Source: Heptranchias perlo
Taxonomy: Eukaryota
Direction: 5' to 3'
NCBI RefSeq assembly: GCF_035084215.1
Contig: NW_027139442.1
Span: 8,432,001-8,496,000 of the forward strand
DNA: 64,000 nucleotides
Below, one piece after another: positions 41,720-57,157 of the stretch; position 1 is the first letter of the stretch; each line of letters begins with the position of its first letter. The translations under genes and the position numbers were made by a program. Below the pieces are notes generated by a model, which was given only the letters and a program-made list of their open reading frames with translations, did not search any database and had not been told where the DNA came from.

Positions 41720-44700
41720 CAAAATGAAGGCCGAAACTCATGTACAATATCAGATTGAGTAATGCTGTGACAGTGTAACCAGAGAAACAAATTAGATACC
41801 AGTTTATAATATACTCACATTATGAGATTTAAAGATACAGTATCAATTCTATTAGCACAGACTGAGATACACATTATTTACCAATTCAGAAATGTCACCA
41901 TATCAATTTGAAAGATAAATTATCATTCACAATATTACTCACAGATTTACAGATTTAATAGTAGTCCAAAAAGCACACAAATTATCTGATTAAAGCCTCC
42001 AGCTTCAAATACGAAAGTGTATCCATATTTACCAATTAAATAATGAGAAAAGCTATTCAAGCATTAACATATTAAAGCTACAGTATTGAACATCATAATG
42101 TAATCTGAGAGAATAATTATGGACAGAAACAGAATGAATCTCACACTCCGATACAGTACAGAGACAGACATGCAGAAGGAATCCCAAACTCGCATATAGT
42201 ACTAGAGGTTGCCAGACACAGAGTGAATCCCATACTCAAGTATGGTACCAGAGATGACAGAAACAGAATGAATCCCACTCAGGCATACAGTACCAAGGAC
42301 AGACAGATACCGAGTTCATCCCAAATTCTAATAAAGCACTAGAGACTGAGAGTTAAAGTATGAATCGCAAACTCACACACAGCAGCAGAGACTGACAGAT
42401 ACAAAATGAATCCCACACTCACTCACAGCACCTGAGACTGACAGATACAGAATGAATCCCACACTCACTCACAGCACCTGAGACTGACAGATACAGAATG
42501 AATCCCACACTCACTCACAGCACCCGAGACTGACAGATACAAAATGAATCCCACACTCACACACAGTACCAGAGACTGAGAGATACAAGGTGAATCTCAC
42601 AGTCACCTACATTAGTGCAGGCTGAGTTATAAATTACGTTCCAGTCCAAAAATCTCAGTGTCAGATTGAAAGATACAGTATGAATTCCATTAGTGCAGAC
42701 TGAGCTGCACATTAGAAACCACGACAACAAAACTGATACAGATTCAGACTGAAATATACAGTATTCCATTCATGCAGACTGAGCTACACATTATATACAA
42801 GTTCAAAAATGTCACCATATCAATTGGAAGATGCACAAATTCACAATTGTGTTCCCAATGTAGATTTAATAGAAGTCCAAAAATAGATGCCCACATTATC
42901 TTATTACATTTTTTAAAATGTCATTATCTACCAATTAAAACTGGGAAAAATTATTCATACATTTCAGTATTAAAGATACAGATGTGAACGCCATCCTGTA
43001 AATGAAGATATAAATTAGATACAGATAAAGAATGAATCTCTCACTCCGATAGAGTGCCAGAGACTGATATGTAGAATGAATCCCAAACTCATACAATGTA
43101 CCAGCGACTGACAGATTCAAAATGAATCCCACACTCACACACTGTAGCACAGACTGACAGATACAGAATTTAAATCACTCATATACAGCATCAGAAATTG
43201 ATAGATACAGAATGAATGTCTCACTCACATATAGTACCAGAGACTGACAGGAACAGAACGAATCGCTCACACATACAAAATCAGAGACTGAGAGATATGG
43301 AATGAATCCCAAACTCACACACAGTACCAGAGACTGATAGATCCAGAATGAATACCACATTCACATAGAGTATCAGGAACTGACAATCACAGAATGAATC
43401 TCACAGTCACACTACTGCAGACTGAGTTACATTTTACATACCAGTTCAAAGATATCATAGTGTCAGATTGAAAGCGACGGTATGAATTCCATTAGTGCAG
43501 ACTGAGCTACATAGTAGAAATATTAGTAAATACTCATAGAGTAATATACTGAAATAAACAGTATCAATACCATTCGTTCAGACTGAGCTACACATTATAT
43601 AGCAGTCCAAAAACCTCATAAATGATCAGACTGGAAGATACAGTATCAATTCTATTAGCACTGCCTGACCTGTACATTACATACCAGACTGAAAATCCCA
43701 TAAAATCTTCGACTGAAATAAACAGTATCAATTCCATGAGTGCAGACTGAGCCACACATAACATAGCAGTTCAAGAATCTCATACCCTATCAGACTCAAA
43801 GATACAATAACAATTCCATTAGCACAGATGACGAGTCCAAAAATCTCATAGAATATCAGATTGAAAGATTCAGTATCACTTCCATTTGTGCAGAATGAGC
43901 TACACATCACATTCCAGTCCAAAAATCTCATACAGTATCAGACTGATAGATACAGTATCAATTCCTTTAGTGCAGGCTGAGCTACATATTACATACCAGT
44001 CCAAAAATCTCATACAATATTAGATTGAGATGCAGAATTAATCCCATTATTGCTGACTGAGCTATACATTACATACCAATCCAATAATTTCACCTCGAAC
44101 AGATTGAAAGGTACATTATCATTCACAATAGAGTTCAGAGATTAAGATGTAATCACACTCCAAAGCTCACACACGTTGTTTGATTAAAGAAAATTGAAAA
44201 GTGTATCCATATTTACAAATTAAACACTGGACGAAGAACTGCATATAATTTAAAGTATTAAAGATACAGTTTCAAATACGATACTGTAAACTGAAATAAG
44301 AATACAGAATGAATCCAGACTTGCACATTGTCTCAGAGACTGAATTACAGAATTAATCCCACACTGAGATAATGTAGCAGAGACTGACAGATACAGAATA
44401 AATCCCACACTCACACACAGCACCAGAGACCTGCAGATACAGAATGAATCCCACACTCACATACAGTACCAGAGACTGACAGATACAGAATTAATCCCAC
44501 ACTCACACACAGTACCAGAGACCGACAGATACAGAATGAATCTCCACACTCACAGACTGTACTGGAGACGACAGATATAGAATGAATGTCACAGTCACAT
44601 TACTGAAGACTGAGTTACACTTTACAGACCAGTCCAAATATCTCATAGTGGCAGATTGAAAGATACAGTCTAAATTCTATTGGTGCAGACTGAGCTACAT

Positions 44701-45692
44701 ATAGGATATAGTGGTAAATACTCGTGTTTGCTGAAATAAACATTATCAATACCATTGGTACAGACTGAGCTACACATTACGTACTAGTCCAAAAATCACA
44801 AATGATCAGATTGGAAGATACAATTTAAATTCTATTCGCACTGCCTGAGCTGAACATTATATATCAGTCCAACAATCTCATACAATATTAGACTGAAAGA
44901 TAGAGAATCGATTCAATTAGTGAAAACTGAGCCACACATTATATAGCAATCCAAGAATCTCATACCGTATCAGACTCAAAGATACAATATTAATTCCATG
45001 AGCACAGACTGAGCTACACGTTACTCACCAGTCCAAAAATCTCAAACTGAATCTTTCAATGTGACACTGTATCAATTCCATTCGTGCAGCCTGAGCTATA
45101 CATTGCATTCCAGTCCAAAAATTTCATACAGTATAAGAATGATAGATACAGTATCAATTACTTTAGTGCAGGATGAGCTACATATTACATACCAGTCCAA
45201 AAATCACATACAGTGTTAGACTCAGATGCAGAATTAATCCCATTATTGCAGACTGAACTACACATTACTCACCAGTCCAGTAATTTCAACGTGAACAGAT
45301 TGAAAGGTATATTATCATTCACAATAGAGTTCAGAGATTAAGATGTAACACGACTCCAAAACTCTCACACGTTGTTTGATTAAAGAAAATCAAAAAGTGT
45401 ATCTGTGTAAACAAATTAAATGCTCGATGAAGACATGTATATACTTTAAAGTTTCAATACAATAGTGGAAACTGAAATAAGAGTATAGAATGCACATTGT
45501 CACAGAGATTGAATTGCAGAATGAATCCCACACTGAGATAAAGTAGCAGAGAATGGCAGATACAGAATGTATCCCACACACAGACAGTACCAGCGACTGA
45601 TGGATGCAGAATATACCCCATCCTCACACTCAGTTACAGAGACTGACAGATACAGAATAAACCCCAGTCTCATATCCAGTACCAGAGACTGA
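41720..45692 (+). repeat. Alternating 82-bp and 46-bp satellite arrays
   Basis: Same units; 43400-44400 is repeated at ~44590-45570. Confidence 0.85.
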
Positions 45693-46999
45693 CCTCGACT
45701 GACGGGAAGCGACAACTATAATAAGGCAACAAATTCACATTCTCTGTCGTGGTTCCAGAAACAGGACAATGTGCAATGTGAGGGATGTTTCTGTCTGTAA
45801 CTTTTACTGTCGTATTTTTGCACTTTTTGACGGTGAAAAATGAAGACAATTAATTCATAATAAAGTTTTTGTTTCACTCGTTCCATAGTTGTGAATTTGC
45901 CCCATTATATATCACTGTACATTGCACAGTATTTCTCTCTGATTTCTCAGGACACGGTTTACATTGCTCCTCTACCCCATTTAGACTCATATTTTCCATG
46001 CAGTATGTGGCCTCCTTATTCCCCCAGCGAAATGCACCACCTCACACCTTTCTATATTGAAATTCAATGGCCATTCACAAGGCCGTTCTGCATGTTTATT
46101 TTGTCCCAGTCTTGATCTGTATTGACTATATCTCCGAAACAAATTACAAGAATTTAACACAGTATCACAACTAGTGTTTGCTCTAACAAAATGTACTTGC
46201 AGCTCGTCTCCATCCCAAGTTTTTCCAAAATCCACCCGTGCAATATAATGTGAAGAATGAGTTTATCTTCTGTCCCTCGCTCATCTGCAAACTTCAATGA
46301 CCCGGGGTTTGGGGACATCTACTGGCCGGAAGCAGAACTGCAAAAGTTCGGAACAAATTGCTGAAACCGGACAATGTGCAGTGTGAGCGTGTTTGTGATT
46401 GGTGGCAGGTACTAAATCTGATTTTTTAAACCTGCCCATTAACCTTTAGTGTTTGTTATAGAACAGTAAACAGAGCCGGACAGTAAGGATATGGGGAGTT
46501 ATACAAAAAGCATCTATTGCAGGCATCAGGTGAGAAGTTTGAAGGACACATTTTAAACAGCGGCTGTTTAGTTTTGGTTGAACGGTTAGTCCCATGGGAG
46601 AGGGGATTAGAAATCTGATATGTGCAAAGGTCTCCGCCCCATCGGGTAGTCCCATTCATGGAACAGTGCAGGGTTTGGGCTGTGTCTGGATGTCACTAAA
46701 TTGTTGTAAAACAGCCCAACATACCTGGTGTGCAGAAGCTGAGTGCTGCAGTACTGCAGTGGAGTCAGACACTGACACTGTTTGTATCGCTGGTTTTCAT
46801 TTGTGGATATTACAATGATTATTAACAGAGAGATTCAATTGATCACTTTTGTATTTTCTACCTCAACTGTTCTTGACTTACAAGAGATAATTTTTCTTCC
46901 GACAGGCAAATCCTTGAAGGACCCAGAATTAGTGTGATGTTTCCTCCACCCGGGGCACAAGGAACAGTGCAGCCAGCTCCTTCTCACACACAGTATGTA

Positions 47000-47908
47000 T
47001 AGAGTCATAGAGTCATAGAGTTATACAGCACGGATAGAGGCCCTTCGGCCCATCGTGTCCGCGCCGGCCATCAGCCCTGTCTACTCTAATCCCATATTCC
47101 AGCATTTGGTCCGTAGCCTTGTATGCTATGGCATTTCAAGTGCTCATCCAAATGCTTCTTGAATGTTGTGAGGGTTCCTGCCTCCACAACCCTTTCAGAC
47201 AGTGAGTTCCAGACTCCAACCACCCTCTGGGTGAAAAAGTTCTTTCTCAATTCCCCTCTAAACCGCCCGCCTTTTACCTTGAATCTATGTCCACTTGTTA
47301 TTGAACGCTCAACGAAGGGAAAAAGCTCCTTAGTATCCATCCTATCTGTGCCCCTCATAATTTTGTACACCTCAATCATGTCCCCCCTCAGCCTCCTCTG
47401 CTCCAAGGAAAACAAACCCAATCTTCCCAGTCTCTCTTCATAGCTGAAGCGCTCCAGCCCTGGTAACATCCTGGTGAATCTCCTCTGCACCCTCTCCAAA
47501 GCGATCACATCCTTCCTGTAGTGTGGCGACCAGAACTGCATACAGTACTCCAGCTGTGGCCTAACCAGTGTTTTATACAGCTCCATCATAACCTTCTTGC
47601 TCTTATATTCTATGCCTCGGCTAATAAAGGCAAGTCTCCCATATGCCTTCTTTACCACCTTATCTACCTGTTCCGCCGCCTTCAGGGATCTGTGAACTTG
47701 CACACCAAGATCCCTCTGACCCTCTGTCTTGCCTAGGGTCCTCCCATTCATTGTGTATTCCCTTGACTTGTTAGTCCCTCCAAAGTACATCACCTCGCAC
47801 TTTTCCGGGTTAAATTCCATTTGCCACTGTTCCGCCCATCTGACCAACCCATCTATATAGTCCTGCAGACTGAGGCTATCCTCCTCGCTATTTACCACCC
47901 TACCAATC
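47000..47908 (-). mobile_element. Young 5'-truncated CR1 LINE
   Basis: Open ORF2 C-terminus to 47086, hairpin gggccgaagggcc, (CTCTATGA)n tail. GTATA repeated at 46997-47001 and 47929-47933; paralogous sites are empty. Confidence 0.95.
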
Positions 47909-48289
47909 TTTCTTAATATACTCTGTGAGTATATTATCACTCACAGAGCACAGAGACACAGACAGGTCATCAATCCCACAGTCTCACACAGCAGAAATAG
48001 TCAATGCCAAACTGATCCCAATCCAACAGTCAAACAGAGCAGGAGAGACTGACGGAATTTCTATTTCACAATGACTCAATACCGCTGACTGGCAGATAAA
48101 TAATTCCCAGTCCAAAATTACACCCAGTATCAGATTGAAAGGCACTGTGTTAATCTCACATAAGATCAGAATTAGCTACAAATTAAATACCAGATAGAAC
48201 TGACACATGGTACTGATTGATAGTTACAGAATGAATCACAATAGTGTACCCCGAGATTCAAATTAAATACCAGCCCACAACTCACACCA

Positions 48290-49552
48290 CATTATGAGTT
48301 TAAAGATGCAGTATTCATGCCAATATTATACACTGAGATACAAATTAGATACCAGTTCAGATGTTACCCATATTTGACTCACATATATGTCCAAAAACCT
48401 CATAGTGTCAGAATGAAATGTACAGTTTCAATCCTATTGTTGCAGATTGAGCTACACATTATATACCAGTCCAAAATTTGCATAAAGTATCATACTGGAA
48501 GATACAGTATCAATCCCATTAGACTGAGGTACACATTAGTTACCTGTCCAAAAATCATATTTATCAAACTGAAAGGCAGAGTATCAATTCCCTTACTGCA
48601 GACGGAGGTTCACATTAGATACCTGTCCAGAAATCACGTACAGTACCATACTGAAAGAAATAGTATTGATTTAATTAGTACAGACTGACCTACACGTTAC
48701 ATACCAGTACAAAAATCTCACACAGTTTCAGACTGGAAGATACAGGATCAATCCCATTAGTGCAGACTGAGGTGTACATTAGATACCAGTCCAAAAGTCA
48801 CATTCAGTGTCAAAATGAAAGATACAGTATCAATTCCTTTAGTGCAGACTGAACTATACCTTACAAACCTGTCTAAATATATTACACAGTATCAGACTGA
48901 AAGGTACAGTATGAATTCCATTAGTACAGACTGAACCACACATTACATACCAGTCCAAAAATCTCATACAGTGTCAGACTGAAAGATACAATAATTATTC
49001 TATTAGCCCAGACTGAGCTACAAAATAAATACCAGTCCAATAATTTCACAGTAAAAGATTGAAATACACATTATCTTCACGGAGATTAAGATGTAATCAT
49101 TCAACAAAACTCGCACACATTGTTTGATTAAAACAAAATCCAAAAGTGTATCAATATTTACAAATTAATGCAGCACGAAAGATTTGCATACATTGATGAA
49201 TTAAACATACAGTTTCAAGTACCATACTCTAACCTGAAATAAGAATACAGAACGAATCCAGACTTGCACTTTGCCCAGAGACTGAGTTACAGAATGAATT
49301 CCACACTGAAATAGAATACCAGAGACTGACAGTCACAGAATGAATCCCACACTCACAGATAGCACCAGAGATTGAGAGATACAAAACGAATCACACACTC
49401 ACACACAGTACCAGAGACTGACAGATACAGAATGAATCCCACACTCACAGACTGTATTGGAGACTGACGGATACAGAATGAATATCACACTCACATACAG
49501 TACCAGAGAATGACAGACATAGAATTAATGCCACACTCACATGCAGTCTGAC
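48290..49552 (+). repeat. 82-bp and 46-bp satellite arrays
   Basis: Paralog of 23990-25795 with fewer 46-bp units. Confidence 0.85.
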
Positions 49553-50306
49553 ATCTACTGGCCATAAGTGAGAACTGTAACTGAGTGGAACAAATTCACA
49601 TTATCTGTCGTTGTTCCAGATTCAGGACAATGTGCAATGTGAGGAAATAGTTTCTCTCTGTAACTTCTACTCCCGTACTTTTTCTAATTTTGTCAGTTAA
49701 AAATTAGACAATTGATTTCGAATAAAGTTTTTGTTTTCCTCATTCGAAAGTTGCCCCATTATATTTCACTCTACATTGCGCAATATTTCTGTCTGAATTC
49801 TCAGGAGACGATTGAAATTATTTCAAATAAACCGAACTGAAACACAAATAAAAACTGAGTGCAAATCTGCAAGTTTCAACGGCGACCGTCAAAAGTGAAA
49901 GGGATAAAATATAGAAAAAAATCAAACCGAAAATGCTGGAAAGGCTCAGCAGGTCCGGCAGCATCTGTGGAGAAGGGAAGCTCGGGTTAACGGTTCAGGA
50001 CTATGACCCTCCTATAGATCAGAAAGGTTAATCCGACATAATTTAAATAAGGAACGGGAATCAGCAGAGGGAAAAACTTCAGAAAATCAATTAATTTCAC
50101 TGAATCCGAGCAATTGTGTCCCGTATCCACTGTACAGATCAGGGCAAATAATAATACAAAGGAACAGAGTTAAATTCAACGATATGGGGGAAATAAATGA
50201 ATTTTAAAAATATTTTTTTATATAAATTAGACTCGTTTGTGTTTTGAAAACACTATCCCTCTGAACATCATCAAATTCGGTTCCAGTCTTGGTGTTTCTG
50301 AATTCA

Positions 50307-50377
50307 GCGTGCTGGGATTCAAACCTGTTGGAATTAATTGTTTGGAAGGGAGCGATACTCACCATCATAGCACCTTA
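50307..50377 (-). pseudogene. tRNA-Gly pseudogene (more decayed)
   Basis: Paralog of 26538-26608; anticodon stem mismatched. Confidence 0.65.
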
Positions 50378-51992
50378 GTTCACTGGGAGGGAGAAATAGA
50401 GCGTTTCTGTGGAGTTTCGGACTGAATTGCTCCCTTTGGGTTACTGGCACTTTAATCAAAGACAATAAACAGTTCCCAAACATCAGCCCCTGAACAGACA
50501 CAACAAGCTGGTCGAATTTCTCATTCATAGATATTAATAAGAGGATGACAAGAGCGAATAGGAAGAGGTTAGGAAGAAGTCACAAAAACAATTCGGGAAG
50601 CAAACAGGAATCACGAAATCAAATTATCAAGGAATATAAAAAGAAATCGTAAATTATTGTACAGAGCCAGAAATAACAGAAGGAAAATCAGAATATCTTG
50701 AGGGCCACTAAGGGATTCACAAGATAAACTCACAGGTAACGTCAGCGAAATGGCAGAAATATTGAATTATTACTTTCCCTCAGTATTTACCCGGGAGATT
50801 AACATGGTGAATATGATATAGAGGAAGAGGTCAATAAAGATATCAAGGCATTTAAGTTAGAAAGGGTGGTTAAACTCCTGATCCTGATGGATTGCATCTG
50901 CACTTATTAAATGAAGCAAAGGAAGAGATAGCAGAGGCATTGTTACATATATAGAAAAAATCATTACAGAAAGGAATAGTGCCAGAGGACTGGATGACAG
51001 TTGATGTGATTCTTATATTTTGAAACATGAAATAGAACAAGTCCAGGGAACTGTGGACCAGTTAACAAAAGGTCGGTGGTAGGAATGATCATGGAATCTT
51101 TTACTCATGAAGCAACAGAAAAACATCCAGAAACCGAAAATATAATAAAGAATAGTCAGCACGGATTTCAGAAAGGGAAGATTTAATAGTTTGACAGAAG
51201 GTTTGACAGTTAAAATTACAGTTCAACATAACTTATCTGCTTTTCAAATATATTCCTCTAGAAATAAACCTCTGTGTTTGCATTTCATGGCCTTATCAAC
51301 CTGTGTTGCTACTTTTAAAGATTTGTCAATCTGTACCCCTAAATCCCATTGCTCTTCTACCCCATTTAGACTCTTATTTTCAAAGCAGTGTTTGGCCTCC
51401 TTATTCCCCCGAGCAAAATGCACCACCTCACACCTTTCTATATGGAAATTCAATGGCCATTTACACCGCCTTTCAGCAAGCTTATTAAAGTCTTCTTGTA
51501 TTTTGTCGTAGTCTTCCTCAGTATAGGCTATACCCCCAACATTAATTACAAGCATTTAATACAGCATTACAACTCATGTTTTGTCGAACAAACTGTTTTC
51601 CATTCCCAGTTTTTCGAAATCCCACCCGTGCAATATAATGTGAAGAATGAGTTTATCTTCTGTCCCTCTCTCATCTGCAAACTTCAATGACCCGGGGTTT
51701 GGGGACATCTACTGGCCGGAAGCAGAACTGCAACAGTTCGGAACAAATTGATGAAACCGGACAACAAGCAGTGTGAGCGTGTTTGTGATTGGTGGCAGGT
51801 ATTAAATCTGATTGGATATTTGAAGAAACCAATCAGAGAGTTACAGTTAATTATTGTGACTTCACTACGAATGACCCAATCACAATCATTGCCTTCCCCC
51901 ATCCCTCATTACCATAGGGCTGTGGGGCTGCCTGTTTAATCCGAGCTCGGAGCGGATTTGGGTCATTTCTGAGTCTGAAATTGATTTTGAAA

Positions 51993-52367
51993 ATGCCTGA
52001 GGACAAGAAAGCAGCTTCCAAGAAGGGCGCCAAGAAAACCTTGAGTAAAGCACCAGCCAAGGGCGGCAAGAAGCGGAGAAAGTCGAGGAAGGAGAGTTAC
52101 TCCATCTACATCTACAAAGTGATGAAGCAGGTTCACCCCGACACCGGCATCTCCTCCAAGGCCATGAGCATCATGAACTCCTTTGTGAACGATATTTTCG
52201 AGCGCATCGCGGGTGAGGCTTCCCGCCTGGCCCATTATAATAAACGCCGCACCATCAGCTCCCGGGAGATCCAGACCGCCGTGCGCCTGCTGCTGCCCGG
52301 GGAACTGGCCAAGCACGCCGTGTCGGAAGGGACAAAGGCGGTGACCAAGTACACCAGCTCCAAGTAA
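51993..52367 (+). CDS. H2B: Histone H2B (copy 2)
   Basis: 124-aa H2B; stem-loop GGCTCTTTTAAGAGCC 52403-52418; octamer and TATA each carry a substitution. Confidence 0.95.
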   Translation: MPEDKKAASKKGAKKTLSKAPAKGGKKRRKSRKESYSIYIYKVMKQVHPDTGISSKAMSIMNSFVNDIFERIAGEASRLAHYNKRRTISSREIQTAVRLLLPGELAKHAVSEGTKAVTKYTSSK

Positions 52368-53335
52368 AACTCCACAATCAACTGAAAAAAAATAAACACA
52401 AAGGCTCTTTTAAGAGCCACCCACAGTCTCTCTGAAGACGCTGTGCCGACCCCTCTGTATGGAATCATTTTACTGTAGATAGTTTGATAGTAACTGTCTC
52501 TCTATAACTCTTGTGCTTTTCTAATTTCTCTTGAAATCTGGAAGATTCTCATAATCACTGCCAGGTATAATAATCTATGTGTCGCTTTCTGTTTAGTTCC
52601 AATAACCAAAAACGTGTCCCTGATCCTCTCATTCCCGTTCATATTCCGCCCCTTCCCCCGCGTCTGCCCCTTCATAGCCGTCTTAAGGCGATGGATTAGA
52701 CTTCATTTCTTTCTCCTTTTCACGTTTGTTTGTTCGTTATTCGGGAATATCACTTTGAGAACCGCAATCCTTTGAAATGCAGCAACCCTGAAAGGGACGT
52801 CACACCGAGTACAGAAAAGTCGAAAGGCTCTGTCACTGTTCGACTTCTTACACCAGGAGTCTCGGCTCCGGTTTCGATCGCGCTGCAGCTCCTGTGAACA
52901 GGGATCAATCCACAATCTGTGGTTTGTTACTTTTACAAAGATTGAGCTGGAATCTGTCCCGTTACAAAATGTTACTTTACTCCCGCCAGATTGAAAGCGA
53001 ACGGTGAAGGGAGCCGGATTTTAAACGGATTGTAAAAGATTCTGGAAGTTGTGACGGGAAATGTGCAATAACAGAGTAAAAGGAGAGAGATTTTTTAAAC
53101 TTTGTCTTAAGGCGACATTATTTACTAAATCCGCTTCTTGCGTTACAAATATTTTGGCGGGCTTTTCAAATTTCAAAAAAACGGTTCAGTTCGGTATTTT
53201 CCGCCCTTTTCTCATTGCCGGCTATTGATTGGCGAATAAAACAGCTCTCTGATTGGGCTGTTCGCTAAACCAATGAGAGTGAAAACAGATTGACCAATTA
53301 CAAGTGCCCCCACTTTATACCTCCAGAAGGTATAA

Positions 53336-53785
<450 letters not shown>

Positions 53786-53924
53786 ATCGGCCAAGATTTA
53801 ATCTGATCAACCCAAAGGCTCTTTTCAGAGCCACCCACTGTATCTGTGAAAGGGCTGGTTACTGTCTGAAGAGACTGACCTATTGATCACAGTTGACCCC
53901 GGTCTACGTTGATATATTACATCA

Positions 53925-54285
53925 CTATAGCGGTTGAAGGAATGGGAGCCAATGTAAGTCACCGAACACAAGGGTGACAGGTGAACGGGAGTTGGAGGGA
54001 GTTAGAATAGGGCAACGGAGATTTGTAGGAGTTCATGTTTACAGAGCGTGGAAGATCGGAGGCTGACCAGGAGAGCATTGGAATAGCAAAGTCTGGAGGT
54101 AACAAGGGAATGGATGAGTGTTTCAGCACCAGATCAGCTGAGGCAGGGGCGGAGACGCGCGATGTTTCAAAGGTGGAATTAGGTCTTGGTGATGGAGCGG
54201 ATATGTGGTCGGATGCTCATCTCAGGGTCAGATAGGACACAAAGGTTGCGAACGGTCATATTCCGGCTCACACAGTGGCCAGGGT
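53925..54285 (-). mobile_element. L2-clade LINE fragment
   Basis: Reverse strand reads LIHSLVTSRLCYSNALL and LHWLP. Confidence 0.75.
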
Positions 54286-54287
54286 CA

Positions 54288-54980
54288 AGTCTCTGTCCAT
54301 CCCGGTCCCTGAATCGATCCAGTCCCCAAACAGGACCTGGGTCTGTCCATCCCGACCACTGAATCTATCCAGTCCCCACACAGGACCTGGGTATGTCCAT
54401 CCCGGTCCCTGAATCTATCCAATTTCACACTGACTCCAGCTCTAATTCAATTCATAATAGCCACACATGACCAATCTCCATCCATTCCGGTCCCTGAATC
54501 TATCCAGTCCCCAATGACCTCAGCTCTAATTAAACTCATTTTACCCACACAGGAACTGTCTCTGTCCATCCCGGTCCCTGAATATATGCAGTCCACACAC
54601 AGGAACTGTCTCTGTCCATCCAATACCTGAATCTATCCAGTCCACACACAGGACCTGGGTCTGTCCATCCAATACCTGAATCTATCCAGTCCACACACAG
54701 GACCTGGGTCTGTCCATCCAATATCTGAATCTATCCAGTCCCCACACAAGACCTGGGTCTGTCCATCCTGGTCCCTGAATCCATGCAGTCCCCATACAGG
54801 ACCTGGGTCTGTCCATTCCGTTCCCTGATTCTGTCCAGTTCCCAATGACTTCAGCTCCAATAAACGCATTGTACCCACACAGTAACTGTCTCTGTCCATC
54901 CCAGGACCTGAATCTACCCAGTCCCCACACAGGATCATTCTCCATTCATCCCAGTGCCTGATTCTATCCAGTCCCATACT
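54288..54980. repeat. 49-50-bp minisatellite
   Basis: ctgtccatcccggtccctgaatctatccagtccccacacaggacctgggt; period 50 (54293, 54343) and 49 (54661, 54710). Confidence 0.9.
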
Positions 54981-55501
54981 GACCCAAGCACGGAAAGGTA
55001 CAGATTGCCTTCCACACCGATTGATGTTTATTAAACTATTGGGCGCCTCCTGTCAGCTACAAATCTGAAACTAAAACTATCCCTCTTCCAACGTTTCCGT
55101 AGCGGCATTGATTGATTTTATTATGAAAGTGATTGTGTTGGAACTGTAGTGTGCCTCATTTATTGAATTTAAATTATATATTCCGCCTTTTTTTCTGGAA
55201 ACCCTTGAATATCAAGCCGGAGTCTGTAAGGATTGTCTCTGAATTTGTATTTCCTATTTGATGCTGGTGAAAATTTTATAAAGGACGGTAACTAATTCCT
55301 GGAGGCGGAGCTTGAAGTTGCACGTCCGCTTGTCCGTCATTCTGAGCCAGTCTCCTCCTCTCCCGCAGTTCATGCTCTGTCTTTCATTCAAACACTCTTC
55401 CCCGGACTCTCCGATAATGTGCCTTTCTCAACCAGGTCGGGGCGGGCTTTATAAATGCAGAAGAAAGGCGAGAGTCTTTCATTCAGCAGCGATCTGAGTG
55501 A

Positions 55502-55822
<321 letters not shown>

Positions 55823-57157
55823 ACAACTCGATCCTTTCTAACCGGACACAAACCAAAGGCTCTTCTAAGAGCCACCCACCGCCTCACAGAGAGAGCACTG
55901 ACCTGGGAACTGGTGCGGGGTTATGTGGGGCTCGGGAATAGTTTTACAATTAAAGAGTTTTCTGTGACACGCAGTACGGTGAGGTGGGATCGGCGGCGAG
56001 CTGCACCGGTTACTAAGAGGGAACTTTCCCTTATTGAATGCACTGAATTGTCCAGGAAACGTTATAAGTGAGTTTACCCGGAGCTGAATTCCCCCCCCCC
56101 CCCACCTCGCTGAAATGTTCCTTCACTCCATTCGCTCTGTTTTGGTTCTATTTATCAGTCAGATATTGTGATGTGGGACCGGGGGTTTCCATGGGAGAAC
56201 AGGTTGAGCTGAGCCGCTGTGATAAGGGCCCAGCTTGTGATATGGATTTTCCCTCTGACGGTTGTTCTGACACTGATACTGAGAGGGTTTGTGAAATTGA
56301 ACCGTTTGAGCTCAGTCATTGGGGACCTGGAATTACAACATGCCCAACTGGCAAACCCCGCTCAAAACCGAGACTACTTCTCATTGGTTGCTTTGCTTGA
56401 AAACTAATTTCCTTAACCAATCGGAGAGACGACAATAAGAAAACGGAGCAAATTGTTGGCCGCAATTGACCGATTTTTTTAAATTTGAAAAAAGCCGCCA
56501 ATTTCAGTGTATGAAATAAGTGAATTACTCGGACATGTCGTTTTTACACAAAGACTTAAAATCTCTTTGTAATAATGTTATTCCGTATTACACGTCCCAA
56601 ATTCCGAGCGCTGTTTCAAAAACACATTGTCTATAACTTGCGGAATATAACCCCAATCATAGATTGCTGATATGGACAAATTTCACTTCTACCTGTAAAA
56701 ATAACAAACTCCAGGTTATCAATTGATTCCGTTGCAGGGACTGAACAGGAACCGTGTGTCCTGAAAACGGAATCATGGACGAAGCCGGAAAATGAGCCAA
56801 TTCTTTTCTCCAGTCGTTCATTCTGGATTGTTACACTGCGGGGAACGTGCTGCTAATATGCGGGATATTAAGATCAGTAATTAATTATTTCAGAGATTGG
56901 CTCCACAGTGAGAAAGAGGAAGGAACTGAATTCTGATTCATAGCCCTGAAACTGGTGGTTCACGGGAAAACCGGGGGCGGTGTAAATCTGAATGAGAGCG
57001 AGAGCAAAGCAAAAGGGAATTGAACGGACCCCGGACCCGTGTTCACTTTATTGGGCAGTAAATTCTACAGAGACAAACATTAAAATGGAGTAGTTTCACT
57101 GAATTTCTTTCCATTTATCCACCAGATTCAAAGGATGATGACCGAGTAAAGCAGCAA

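Noticed and set aside
54536-54977. Trp/Asp-rich repeat ORFs
   Set aside because: Translations of the 49-50-bp minisatellite.
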